The position numbers were made by a program, and so were the translations under genes. From a virus (Duplodnaviria > Caudoviricetes), in the IMG/VR virus record IMGVR_UViG_3300021091_000011: a stretch of DNA of 64,000 nt. One strand, given 5' to 3'. Below are positions 1 to 9,561 of the stretch, piece by piece (the stretch's first letter is position 1; each line of letters opens with the position of its first letter). The notes beneath the pieces are model-generated. The model was given only the letters and a program-made list of their open reading frames with translations. It ran no database searches and was not told the origin of the DNA.

Positions 1-454
1 GCTGAATCGACGTAAAGCGGGTCAGGTCATACGTCGTGCCGTGATAGGGAATACCGACAACACGGACCTTCAAACCGTCTTGGAAGAAAACAACTTCGTG
101 TTGGTCGTACAGCGGACGAAAAACCCCTGCGGCGTAAAGGACGCCAAGGGGCTGTTGCGGCAAGAACGCATAGTCGCCGTAAATCGAATCGTGATTGCCA
201 GGAACGCAGTAAACCGGACACGGATAATCGGCATGGTGCTCGACGGTGCGCCGGACGAGTTCATGCGAGTTTCGAGTAGGCGACTTGATATGGAAGAAGT
301 CACCACCGTCGATAATGGCGTGGGCGTTGACCTTGCGCGCTACGTCTCGCACTTGGCCTAACTTGTCGAACACCGTGTTCGCCCAATCATCGGTGCGAGA
401 TGCGGGCGGGCGGTCAGACAAATGCACGTCAGTTCGCCACACGAGTCGAATCAC
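1..454 (-). CDS. sbcD: SbcD/Mre11-like metallophosphoesterase nuclease, 5' part only (runs off left edge; not in ORF track)
   Basis: Manual translation from GTG at 454: MIRLVWRTDVHLSD...IIDGGDFFH...VPGNHDS. These are the DxH, GD and GNHD calcineurin-like motifs. Same operon as the SbcC-like ATPase. Confidence 0.85.
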   Translation of the reverse strand, partial: MIRLVWRTDVHLSDRPPASRTDDWANTVFDKLGQVRDVARKVNAHAIIDGGDFFHIKSPTRNSHELVRRTVEHHADYPCPVYCVPGNHDSIYGDYAFLPQQPLGVLYAAGVFRPLYDQHEVVFFQDGLKVRVVGIPYHGTTYDLTRFTSIQ

Positions 455-1473
455 GAATCACCAAATAAATCGAACACGGATTCACTAGATTCCTCTGATT
501 CACCCGAAGAAACCGGAGGAGATTCACCACGAATCCTAGATTCGGCTAACTTTACATACTCAGGATTTAGTTCACAACCAACAAAGTTACGGCCAAGACG
601 GAGGGCTACCGCCCCCGTCGTGCCCGAACCCGAAAATGGGTCTAGCACGAGTCCGTCATTTGAACTTCCAGCGAGAATCATCGGCTCTATTAATTCTTCG
701 GGGAAAGTAGCGAAATGTGCGCCTTTATAGGGCTTCGTCGTGATCGTCCAGACGGAACGGCGGTTGCGCGTTTCGGCAACGGTCACACCATCCGGCCGCA
801 AGAACCCTCTGCGTGTCTGTCCATGCTTGCCCATCTGCGCGTTCTTACCGTTGTTGTTTAGAACCGTCGCGCCCGCGTGGATCGCAGGCTCTGCAATAGC
901 GGCGGCATCGTAGTAGTACCGCTCGGACTTCGCCAAAAGAAACAGGTATTCGTGCGCCTTCGTGCAGCGGTCGGTCACGCTTTCCAGCATCGGGTTCGGC
1001 TTCGACCAGATGATGTCCTGCCGCAGATACCAACCGTCCGCTTGCAGGGCGAATGCTACGCGCCACGGGATGCCGACGAGGTCTTTGGGTTTGAGGCCAG
1101 CAGGGATTGATCGCGCTCGAATCCGCTGGCCGGTGAACCCTCCAACCTTTGATAAATCTCCCGCGCCAGTGTTCGCATACGAATCCCCCAGATTCAGCCA
1201 CAGCGTCCCGTCGTCCCGCAGCACCCGCCGCACTTCCCGGAACACCTCGACCAGATTGGCGACGTAGTCTTCCGGCGTGTCCTCAAGGCCGATTTGACCA
1301 TCGTGACCGTAATCTCTCAAACCCCAATACGGAGGCGAAGTCACGCAAGTATGAACTGATTTCTCGGGCATCGACTTTAGAGACTCGATGCAATCCCCGA
1401 TGTAAATCGTCGCTGAGTTTCGATTATCACCGAAACCATGACTCAAAGTGATTTTGTTGCTGATTTGGGTCAC
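451..1473 (-). CDS. Amino (N6A/N4C) DNA methyltransferase, beta class
   Basis: Motif IV VTSPPY precedes motif I LDPFSGSGTTG. GTGA overlaps with both neighbours. Confidence 0.92.
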   Translation of the reverse strand: MTQISNKITLSHGFGDNRNSATIYIGDCIESLKSMPEKSVHTCVTSPPYWGLRDYGHDGQIGLEDTPEDYVANLVEVFREVRRVLRDDGTLWLNLGDSYANTGAGDLSKVGGFTGQRIRARSIPAGLKPKDLVGIPWRVAFALQADGWYLRQDIIWSKPNPMLESVTDRCTKAHEYLFLLAKSERYYYDAAAIAEPAIHAGATVLNNNGKNAQMGKHGQTRRGFLRPDGVTVAETRNRRSVWTITTKPYKGAHFATFPEELIEPMILAGSSNDGLVLDPFSGSGTTGAVALRLGRNFVGCELNPEYVKLAESRIRGESPPVSSGESEESSESVFDLFGDS

Positions 1474-2543
1474 GAATCACCAAATAAATCGAACACGGAT
1501 TCACTAGATTCCTCTGATTCACCCGAAGAAACCGGAGGGGATTCACCACGAATCCTAGATTCGGCTAACTTTACATACTCAGGATTTAGTTCACAACCAA
1601 CAAAGTTACGGCCAAGACGGAGGGCTACCGCCCCCGTCGTGCCCGAACCCGAAAATGGGTCTAGCACGAGTCCGTCATTTGAACTTCCAGCGAGAATCAT
1701 CGGCTCTATTAATTCTTCGGGGAAAGTAGCGAAGTGCGCGCCTTTATAGGACTTGGTCGTGACCGTCCACACGGAGCGGCGGTTGCGGGTTCCCGTGTCG
1801 CCCCAGATGCGCTCTCCTGTTTGGCAATTGTTAGTGCCGCACCCGTCGTGCCACCCCTCAGAGGATTTATCCCTCGGCTTCGTCGGCGCACTTGAGGCGC
1901 TTTCCTTCACCGCCTCCGCGTCGTAGTAGTACCGCGCCGACTTCGCCAGCAGGAAGATGTACTCGTGCGCCTTCGTGCAGCGGTCGGTCACGCTTTCCGG
2001 CATCGGGTTCGGCTTGTGCCAGATGATGTCCTGCCGCAGATACCAGCCGTCAGCCTGCAACGCGAAGGCAACACGCCACGGGATGCCTACGAGGTCTTTG
2101 ACTTTCAACCTATCTGGCCTGCCCGGCTTGAACGAGTTGGGCGGAATAGCGGTTTCCACGGTTCCCCAACCCTTGCCTTCTAAATCCTCGCTGCGAGTTG
2201 ACCACCATGAACTTTTGCGTTTTGCGCCCATTCCCCAGTTGCTTGCATACGAGTCCCCCAAATTCAACCACAGCGTCCCATCATCCCGCAGAACGCGCCG
2301 CACTTCGCGGAACACCTCGACTATCTTAGCGACGTAGTCTTCCGGAGTGTCCTCCAAGCCGATTTGACCATCGTGACCGTAATCTCTCAAACCCCAATAC
2401 GGAGGGGACGTCACGCAAGTATGAACTGATTTCTCGGGCATCGACTTTAGAGACTCGATGCAATCCCCGATGTAGATCGTCGCTGAGTTTCGATTATCAC
2501 CGAAACCATGACTCAAAGTGATTTTGTTGCTGATTTGGGTCAC
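1470..2543 (-). CDS. Amino DNA methyltransferase, beta class; paralogue of 451..1473
   Basis: Same SPPY and DPFSGSGTTG motifs. Near-identical N- and C-terminal DNA, with two divergent internal segments. Confidence 0.92.
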   Translation of the reverse strand: MTQISNKITLSHGFGDNRNSATIYIGDCIESLKSMPEKSVHTCVTSPPYWGLRDYGHDGQIGLEDTPEDYVAKIVEVFREVRRVLRDDGTLWLNLGDSYASNWGMGAKRKSSWWSTRSEDLEGKGWGTVETAIPPNSFKPGRPDRLKVKDLVGIPWRVAFALQADGWYLRQDIIWHKPNPMPESVTDRCTKAHEYIFLLAKSARYYYDAEAVKESASSAPTKPRDKSSEGWHDGCGTNNCQTGERIWGDTGTRNRRSVWTVTTKSYKGAHFATFPEELIEPMILAGSSNDGLVLDPFSGSGTTGAVALRLGRNFVGCELNPEYVKLAESRIRGESPPVSSGESEESSESVFDLFGDS

Positions 2544-3556
2544 GAATCACCAAATAAATCGAACACGGATTCTTCCGGTTTGATGCAATGCGGGGAGAAC
2601 CATATAACCTCTTTGGTTGCGTTCTCGTACCCCTTTTTGTTTTGATTCCCGTACCCGCCTGAAGCCTTCCAACGATACGGAACCCAACCTTCTCGTAGCA
2701 GGGAATCGTGCTCATCATATCCACAAAGAGCGACACGCATATCATCCCGCGTGCCGGACTTTATGGCCCAATCACGAACTTGGGATGCAATACCATTGCC
2801 CATCCCACCCGAACCATAATCCATAGTGCCCGTGTCATAGGGTGGATCGAGGAAAACCCCGCAAACCCCCATACCAAATGGGACGGAATCTCCGGTAACA
2901 CGAGTCCAATCACCCGAGCAAACGCGAACCTTACGCAATCGAGCGGCAAGCTCATTAAAGTAAAGAGTTAGTGCGTCTTTACCCATATATGATCTAAGAA
3001 CGCCTTTACCAGATCCCCCATATTGGGGGATCTGGCAATTTATGCCTTGCGTACCGCTCAAACGGGGAATCTGGCGTTTTATGCCTTGCGTGCCGCCACT
3101 AACTTTCCCAAAACCATCCCCCTTACGAGTCCAAGGGCCATTACCCGTACACCAACCCGTGCCAATCCATGCGGAGATACCCCAAACACACCAACCTGCG
3201 GCTTTCACATCGAACCATTCCGGATCGAGGATGAGCCGATCTGTAATGTCCTCTTTGTGCTCAACAAGCCATAAATGACGAGCATGGAGATCGCACTCAT
3301 TTACGGGCCAATCCGCAAAATGCGCCACCGCTGCGGGGTCTGCCTGAACAGCCCGCCAGAAGTTACATAATAGGGCATCTTTGTCGTTGACCGTTTCAAT
3401 GCCATGAAACGGTAAAGGACGCCCTAGAAGAACGGCACCCGAGCCAAAAAAAGGCTCAACGTAAGATCGAACATCCCCGAATCTACGCCACACTTCAGCG
3501 GCTACTTTACTCTTCCCACCGAAGTATGGGAAAGGGGCTTCTAACGTGTTGCTCAA
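2540..3556 (-). CDS. Dam-family (D12 class) N6-adenine DNA methyltransferase
   Basis: PFPYFGGKS, YVEPFFGSGAV, VNDKD and FLDPPY motifs in alpha-class order. Confidence 0.9.
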   Translation of the reverse strand: MSNTLEAPFPYFGGKSKVAAEVWRRFGDVRSYVEPFFGSGAVLLGRPLPFHGIETVNDKDALLCNFWRAVQADPAAVAHFADWPVNECDLHARHLWLVEHKEDITDRLILDPEWFDVKAAGWCVWGISAWIGTGWCTGNGPWTRKGDGFGKVSGGTQGIKRQIPRLSGTQGINCQIPQYGGSGKGVLRSYMGKDALTLYFNELAARLRKVRVCSGDWTRVTGDSVPFGMGVCGVFLDPPYDTGTMDYGSGGMGNGIASQVRDWAIKSGTRDDMRVALCGYDEHDSLLREGWVPYRWKASGGYGNQNKKGYENATKEVIWFSPHCIKPEESVFDLFGDS

Positions 3557-3644
3557 TGGAATTACCCTCGGGCATTTTTTGGGTGCGGTTTCAATACGCG
3601 ATCTGCGCGATAGCGCAGATCACTTGAAAGTTTTTCGAGCGGTT

Positions 3645-4859
3645 CTATGGCTCCGATTTTTTCCAGACCCAAATCGGCTCGCAAAAACTGCTAAACAGGG
3701 CGTCGGAGCCTATTGCTTGCCGATCACTAGGACGAACAGGTAAGCGCAATCCAACCGCACCCTGATAAACGGCATTGGGCAGCGTTGTGATAAAGTCGTT
3801 CATGGGATCACAAATGCTGTTTATCAAACGGATAAACCCGCCTTCTTCACGCTCATCTGCACGGACGTCTGCAATGTTGACGCACAAGTGCCCGCCAACT
3901 TTCAAGTTATCCCAAGCAAGTGCTAAGGTCTTGAAAAGAAAGTCCTGCAACCATGCGTCCAAACGCTTGTATCTGATCCATGATTGCGTTTGATCTTTGG
4001 TGTAGCGTTCTTTGTCGAAATAGGGCGGCGAAGTGAAAGCAATATCGAACGGCCCGTCCAACTGCGTCAAGTCCTCGGCAGGACTGCATATCAGGTTGCA
4101 CGTCTTTGGTGTGAACGTGCTGAACCAATCGAACAGGTCACCGTCGAGGTTTCTATTGTAGGCTTCGACTTGGGCCGCATAGCCGCCATGCAGACGGAAG
4201 TTCGGATCAATGCCCGTGTAGTGCGTAACCTTGTCGCACGCGAGCGCCGCTGATAACCGATCACCCCAACCCGCAGACAAGTCCAGCACACGGCCACCAC
4301 CATAAAGGTCATACACGGCTTTCGCAGCCGAAGGCCGGAACTGCGCGGCGACATACTTCCTAATAGAGCCTGCGGTCCTGATCTCAGAAGGGGTTATCTT
4401 TGTTACCCCGAAAGAAAACAAAGCCTTGAATAAACCCCTCCGCAGCGATGGTGTCGCCCAACTCCGCAAAGCAGAAGGTGATGAAGAAAGATCAGTAGCG
4501 TTTCTGTTTGCCTGATGAAAGTAGTCAGAAGAACGTGCGCCGACGTTGCTACGGTCGATATACAAATCCTGTTTGTGATACGAGTAGGGGAAATCAGTTT
4601 CCCATGGCTCGCGCTTCAACAATAGCCGCGTATCAAGACTTCGCAGCCGCAAGAAATCAGTCGTAGCCTGTTCAATCGTCGTATGCCGCATCGGATATGG
4701 CATACCAGACTTCTCGACTGCTTCTTGAAGCAGGTCGATGATTTGATCCTGAGTGAGCGTGGCGTTCAAATCGGACCACAAAGGCTCGTCGATATCGAAC
4801 TCTTGTCCCCTTACTAGGGATTCCCAAGTAATCACGTCGCGTGCCCACAAGTCGGGCAC
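3645..4859 (-). CDS. DNA methyltransferase (motif I before motif IV)
   Basis: VLDLSAGWGDRL (SAM-binding-like), FTSPPYF (catalytic) and C-terminal EPIWVWKK. Confidence 0.8.
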   Translation of the reverse strand: MPDLWARDVITWESLVRGQEFDIDEPLWSDLNATLTQDQIIDLLQEAVEKSGMPYPMRHTTIEQATTDFLRLRSLDTRLLLKREPWETDFPYSYHKQDLYIDRSNVGARSSDYFHQANRNATDLSSSPSALRSWATPSLRRGLFKALFSFGVTKITPSEIRTAGSIRKYVAAQFRPSAAKAVYDLYGGGRVLDLSAGWGDRLSAALACDKVTHYTGIDPNFRLHGGYAAQVEAYNRNLDGDLFDWFSTFTPKTCNLICSPAEDLTQLDGPFDIAFTSPPYFDKERYTKDQTQSWIRYKRLDAWLQDFLFKTLALAWDNLKVGGHLCVNIADVRADEREEGGFIRLINSICDPMNDFITTLPNAVYQGAVGLRLPVRPSDRQAIGSDALFSSFCEPIWVWKKSEP

Positions 4860-6010
4860 TCGCCCATCGCGTGCAAAGCGTCATGTGCTTCTTGCACCGC
4901 GTTGGCGTGTTGTTCTCGGGATGCGGACAACGAATCCGTCAAGAGATTCACGTCGGTCAAACCAGACGCATAGCGCACCGACCAATCCCGAATCTTGGCG
5001 ACGCCCGCAGGGTACTTGGCGATCCGCTCGGCACTCGGCAACGGCGGTAAATCTAAATCCTGCGCGTCTTTTTCCAGAGTCTTTTTCAGGAGGGCGCTAC
5101 GCCGCAAGTCTTCCAAACCGGACAAAGAAAAAGAAAAAAGCGGCGTCGTGACGTGAAGATTATACTTATGTGAGTTACTACGCGCGTTTTTGAGGCGGGC
5201 AGCGAGGGCGGCGGCGGCGTGAGATTCGTCGGCGGCGGTTTTAGCCGAGCACGCGCTCGAATCAGGGACGCTTTTAGCCGTAAATCCCGCGATTGGCGCT
5301 AAATCCTCACGGGATTTACGGAGCCTTTCGGCTAAATCTTTCAGGCTGGCGATCTCGCGGGCCATATCTCGCAGCGCGTTCAAGTCCACCGTGTTGATGC
5401 CCTCTAACACGGTGTCCAAGCCGTCGAACTTCTGAGCACGCTCTTGCAAGCGGGTCATATCCGCACGGCGCACCTTGATTTCCGAAGCGATGGTCCTGCG
5501 GTCGGATTCACTCGCCCGAAGCGCGTCAGACAACTTGCCCACGCGCTCCACGTCCGAAAGAGCCTCGGCCACGACGGAACCCGGACGGTCTACCAAAAAC
5601 AGCGTGCCGTCAAACTGACGAGCAATCTGCGGCCATAGGCCATCGGAACCCGCGCTAATCTCGCGCACGCCCAAAGCCTCAACCTCGGGGGGCACGCCAC
5701 GACCGACGCCTTCGAGCGCCTTGCCGTCTAGGACATAGCGATTGATCGCCTTGCCCTTGCCCTCGGGCTTTTCGTTGCCCTTTTCCCAAGTGAGCGTGTG
5801 CCCATCGTCGAACGACAGGTCAACGGTCAAATGAGCCTCGCCTTTACGGACGAGTGGGCCAGCGGGTGCGTTCGTGAACGCACCACGAACGGCGCGCAAA
5901 GCCGCCGTCTTGCCAGAATTGTTCGAGCCTGTGATTACCGTCAGGCCGGAAACACGAATCGTGGCGTCTTTGATCGACTGAAAGTTTCGGACACGAACAC
6001 GGAAAGGCAT
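4832..6010 (-). CDS. sbcC: SbcC/Rad50-like ATPase N-terminal half, ending at the CxxC zinc hook
   Basis: VRNFQSI, Walker A GSNNSGKT, coiled coil and terminal CPTCG. No ABC signature or Walker B seen. Confidence 0.75.
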   Translation of the reverse strand: MPFRVRVRNFQSIKDATIRVSGLTVITGSNNSGKTAALRAVRGAFTNAPAGPLVRKGEAHLTVDLSFDDGHTLTWEKGNEKPEGKGKAINRYVLDGKALEGVGRGVPPEVEALGVREISAGSDGLWPQIARQFDGTLFLVDRPGSVVAEALSDVERVGKLSDALRASESDRRTIASEIKVRRADMTRLQERAQKFDGLDTVLEGINTVDLNALRDMAREIASLKDLAERLRKSREDLAPIAGFTAKSVPDSSACSAKTAADESHAAAALAARLKNARSNSHKYNLHVTTPLFSFSLSGLEDLRRSALLKKTLEKDAQDLDLPPLPSAERIAKYPAGVAKIRDWSVRYASGLTDVNLLTDSLSASREQHANAVQEAHDALHAMGECPTCGHAT

Positions 6011-6018
6011 GGACTATA

Positions 6019-6384
6019 TTACGCCGATGCGTTGCCGGAACGTGCCCTCTTTAGACGCGCGGCCCACCATCGCAGACGATTTTGCGTGCTCGGCGGGACG
6101 TAAGCGAAGTCGCCATGAAACGGCACCTGTTGACCACCACGGTCGCTATTCCAATGCGCGTCCGCACGCTCGACCGTATCGACGAAGGCTTCCACGTCGA
6201 AAGCCAACGCATCGAAACGAAGCAAGGCGTCGTGATAATGGGCCTCGGCGTCTTTAGCGGCCTGCACCAAACCGACCTTCGCCAAATGATGCCCACCGTC
6301 GCCGTTTAGAACGGCGAGCAGATTCCCAACGGCGGCACGGCCTTCAGGCGTGTTGAGTTCTTCGGCGAGCGTCAAGTCGGGCAT
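6019..6384 (-). CDS. Hypothetical protein
   Basis: Fills the gap in a co-oriented operon with tight spacing. Confidence 0.6.
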   Translation of the reverse strand: MPDLTLAEELNTPEGRAAVGNLLAVLNGDGGHHLAKVGLVQAAKDAEAHYHDALLRFDALAFDVEAFVDTVERADAHWNSDRGGQQVPFHGDFAYVPPSTQNRLRWWAARLKRARSGNASA

Positions 6385-6387
6385 AGG

Positions 6388-8883
6388 TCACTCGTCCAAA
6401 AGACCGCTAACTTCGCCCATGAGGTCGCCTTGCGGCTCGTCCTCACCAACGACGGGCTCGTAATCCTCGTCCTCGACAAACTGCTTGGCCGATTCACCGC
6501 TGCCGAGCACCGGACGAACAATCGAGTCGATCAACTTGAAATCGGCGGCGTTATCGACCATGTGCTGCCGCATTTTCTCAATGCCCTGCAACTTGATCGC
6601 AGAACCATCGGGCTTGGTCCAAGTGAACCAGCCCGCGCCTTGCTTTTTAATGAAGCCGTGCGAGATGGCGATTTCCAGAATCGACCTGATATTATCAACG
6701 CCTTGACCGCCACGCAGGTAGAAGATTTCCTCACGACCCTGCGACCGAGACATCTTGCACTTGACGGCCTTGACCTTGACGACGGAGCCGGAGACTTTAT
6801 CTTCGACCTTGTGCGTCAGGTTGTTCATTTCCTTCGTGTTCTCGTATTGCACGCGACGCAATTCAAGACGAACGCTGGCGTAGAACTTCCAAGCGTTACC
6901 ACCTTGGGGCTTGGTGCTCGGGCCATGCCCCATCTTGCCGATTTCCGCACGGATTTGGCTGATGCCGATGACCGCCGTACCCGAACGCGCGATGATGCGC
7001 TTCAGGTTGGGCAATTCCTGTGACCAAACGGCTTGCACTTCACCGACCTTGCCTTGCTCGGCGGCGTCGTTCAGGTCACGGTCAGTCAAACGCCGTGGGA
7101 TCGCCGCACCCACCGAGTCAAACACGATCAAGTCCACACCAGCGGCGGCGTAAATCAGCGCGTACTTGATACCGTCTTCGAGATTGTCCGGCTGAAGCAA
7201 CTCAAACTTGGTCTCATCGGTGACGGGCACGCCAAGGGCCATGGCGTAATCGGGCACAATGTCGTTTTCCCAATCTATGTAGAGAACCGTGCCGCCCTCA
7301 CGACAAACCTGAGCCGCAGCCGAGAGCGCAATCGAGGTATTGTGCGTCACAAACCCATTAGCGATGAAAGAAGCAGACTTGCTCATTGCAAAATCAAAAG
7401 TCGGCTCTGGATCATTCTCAGTCACCGACTCAACACGATCATAGTAATAGTTTGCGTGTTGGATCTCACGAAGGCGAGCCAAAAGAATACGATCACCACG
7501 ACCCTCTAAAGCCGAGAGAATCAGGTCAAGTCGATTATAAGTGAGTCTTGCACGGGGATTCGGACCCATGTAATCGGCCATCAAATGATGGTCTTCACGA
7601 GTCGTTGACGACAACGACCTGTAAAGGTCCTGAAGTAAGCCACCGACATTGGGGATAGAGTCGTGATTAGTGCCCCCTCCGGATGCAGGTTGACACATGA
7701 AAGTCTCATGCTGTCCCGCACGAGATTTCGAGCGGGTGCCAATCTTACGAATGAACTTACGAGCCTCTTCGCCATCAACCCGCAAGACCCAATAATCATT
7801 GTCGGGGTAAGCGGCGACTTTTTTCTCGCGCAAGATGCTGATGATCCCCAGGCCAAGCAAAACCATCTTTACTTCATCCAAGAGTAAGCGGCTTGCAGAG
7901 GAAACTTCAATACCACTATGATCGACTGAGCACTCGCAATCAAAGTAGCCTTGAAGAAAAGCAATCATGCTTCGATCATCAAAGCATCGAATCTTCCGAC
8001 CAAGATGCTTTTCAGGACTATTACAAGGGACCCAACCAAGGTCCGAATAGAAAGTCTGGACGAATTCCTTGCCGTTGAAGTTATAGCTCACGGACCCAGG
8101 ACTGCGCTCATTTGGGTACGCCAGCGCGGGGATACCCAAAAGAACGGGCATACGGTTTTCGATGAAATGCTTAATGTCAGCGTCATTATTCGTGACGGAC
8201 ACACGAGCGGGGTCCAAGTGGCCGTCTGCCACGATGAGACCAAGCATATATGGCGTGTCAAGGTCCGTAGAGGAACCCTCACCCTTAGCAAACTTTCGAG
8301 ACGTGACGAGATAGTCACCAGGCTCGATCCTGCTAGTGTGCTTCCAACCCCAAAAACCGTTGGGACTCATCACCAGATGTGGGTGGTTTGCCGTACTTCG
8401 AACGGCACTACCTGAAAAAGTCTGGATCTTATACGTTGTTTTCCGATTGTTGTGCGTGAAGTGAGTCGTAGTCTCAACTTCTCCATCACGATTAAAGAGG
8501 GGGAAAGTTTTTTCGGTAGTCTGCGACTTACAAAAAGGTTCGAGCCCTTGACTTGAAAAAATCTCTCCAACCGTGAGAATCCCTTGAGGGGTATGGATGA
8601 GGGTGTCTGCGGGCAGGCATTTACCTGCGCCCTCGTGTCCCCATATCTGACTCACACGGCCACGCGGGAAACCAGGACACGGCGCAACGCCAAACGAATT
8701 CGGGATGCCGCCGATCAAATGATCGACCACAATCGAGCCGGACGAGACGTGAGGGAGTGATTCCTTCATATCGTCGGACGACATCTTGACGCGGATATTC
8801 TCGAACTCGTCCTTGCGCTTATCGAGCGCGAAAGCACGGGCTTTCGCCAATGCACCTACCGGAGTCGCTGATGCTTTAGCCAT
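6388..8883 (-). CDS. recA: RecA recombinase containing an intein
   Basis: After splicing Walker A reads GHEGAGK|TS. Also YIDWEN, LIVFDSVGA, GGNAWKFYASVRLE and an acidic tail. Start placed at MAKAS (8883), overlapping the ruvC stop. Confidence 0.95.
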   Translation of the reverse strand: MAKASATPVGALAKARAFALDKRKDEFENIRVKMSSDDMKESLPHVSSGSIVVDHLIGGIPNSFGVAPCPGFPRGRVSQIWGHEGAGKCLPADTLIHTPQGILTVGEIFSSQGLEPFCKSQTTEKTFPLFNRDGEVETTTHFTHNNRKTTYKIQTFSGSAVRSTANHPHLVMSPNGFWGWKHTSRIEPGDYLVTSRKFAKGEGSSTDLDTPYMLGLIVADGHLDPARVSVTNNDADIKHFIENRMPVLLGIPALAYPNERSPGSVSYNFNGKEFVQTFYSDLGWVPCNSPEKHLGRKIRCFDDRSMIAFLQGYFDCECSVDHSGIEVSSASRLLLDEVKMVLLGLGIISILREKKVAAYPDNDYWVLRVDGEEARKFIRKIGTRSKSRAGQHETFMCQPASGGGTNHDSIPNVGGLLQDLYRSLSSTTREDHHLMADYMGPNPRARLTYNRLDLILSALEGRGDRILLARLREIQHANYYYDRVESVTENDPEPTFDFAMSKSASFIANGFVTHNTSIALSAAAQVCREGGTVLYIDWENDIVPDYAMALGVPVTDETKFELLQPDNLEDGIKYALIYAAAGVDLIVFDSVGAAIPRRLTDRDLNDAAEQGKVGEVQAVWSQELPNLKRIIARSGTAVIGISQIRAEIGKMGHGPSTKPQGGNAWKFYASVRLELRRVQYENTKEMNNLTHKVEDKVSGSVVKVKAVKCKMSRSQGREEIFYLRGGQGVDNIRSILEIAISHGFIKKQGAGWFTWTKPDGSAIKLQGIEKMRQHMVDNAADFKLIDSIVRPVLGSGESAKQFVEDEDYEPVVGEDEPQGDLMGEVSGLLDE
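7339..8619 (-). mobile_element. Intein (427 aa) with LAGLIDADG homing endonuclease in the RecA P-loop
   Basis: Begins CLPADT after GK, ends FVTHN before T. Endonuclease blocks MLGLIVADGH and FLQGYFDCEC. Confidence 0.95.
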
Positions 8884-9544
8884 TTTGTTCGTCCTGTTGA
8901 GTCTGTTGTGACCATAGGAAAAAGCGTTCATCCTCGCGGTAAATCACGCCACGCTGGACTTCTTTGCCTGCGTTCTTACCGCGCATGAACTTCTTGATCT
9001 CCGTGAAATACTTGGCTTCCACGGTAGATAAGCCCCCCTCTAGCAACTCTGAAGAAATCAGACGCCAGAAGCGGGCCGAAAGCCGAGCGACCAAATAGGC
9101 GTCGGCCTCATTGTGGTTCCAAGTGGAACCACCTGCGTCTTTAACCGACGCATCCACCATATCCTTCTTGTCCATGACCCAACCTTTCGGGCGGGCAAGG
9201 GACTCGCGGGCATGGGCCTTGACCTGCAAGGGCGACCAGAAAACCACGTCGCAGCGTTCAGTCTTGAGGGCTTCGCACGAGTATAGAAACAACCCGTACA
9301 TCCCCTCCGAAAAAAGATTGTCGAAGACGGGGAATTCTATGCCAACCCTGTCGGGCTTGACTTCTCGAATCAAAGCCCGCAGGGATTCGCGTTGCGCGAT
9401 GTATCGGTCTACGAACGTCATATCTGCTGGCGTCTGGAAGCGTCCCCTGCGCGAGCATCGTGACGTTGAACCTATCGGATGGGAGTCGTCGTGAACTGCC
9501 CAACCGTAGTTTGTAAGCGAGGGGTCAAGCCCTAATACGATCAC
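8876..9544 (-). CDS. ruvC: RuvC-like Holliday junction resolvase
   Basis: VLGLDPSLTNYGWA, GIEFP and NEADAYLVA acidic catalytic pattern. Probable GTG start at 9544. Confidence 0.85.
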   Translation of the reverse strand: MIVLGLDPSLTNYGWAVHDDSHPIGSTSRCSRRGRFQTPADMTFVDRYIAQRESLRALIREVKPDRVGIEFPVFDNLFSEGMYGLFLYSCEALKTERCDVVFWSPLQVKAHARESLARPKGWVMDKKDMVDASVKDAGGSTWNHNEADAYLVARLSARFWRLISSELLEGGLSTVEAKYFTEIKKFMRGKNAGKEVQRGVIYREDERFFLWSQQTQQDEQNG

Positions 9545-9561
9545 GGCCTGACCCTCGCATA

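Larger units (their letters stand above)
451..2572 (-). repeat. Identical 33-nt junction repeat x3 (451-483, 1470-1502, 2540-2572) encoding ESVFDLFGDS* plus the next gene's RBS and GTG
   Basis: TCACGAATCACCAAATAAATCGAACACGGATTC read directly at all three positions. Confidence 0.95.

Noticed and set aside
451-4859. Complete restriction-modification system
   Set aside because: No cognate restriction endonuclease is recognisable next to either MTase cluster; orphan anti-restriction MTases fit better.
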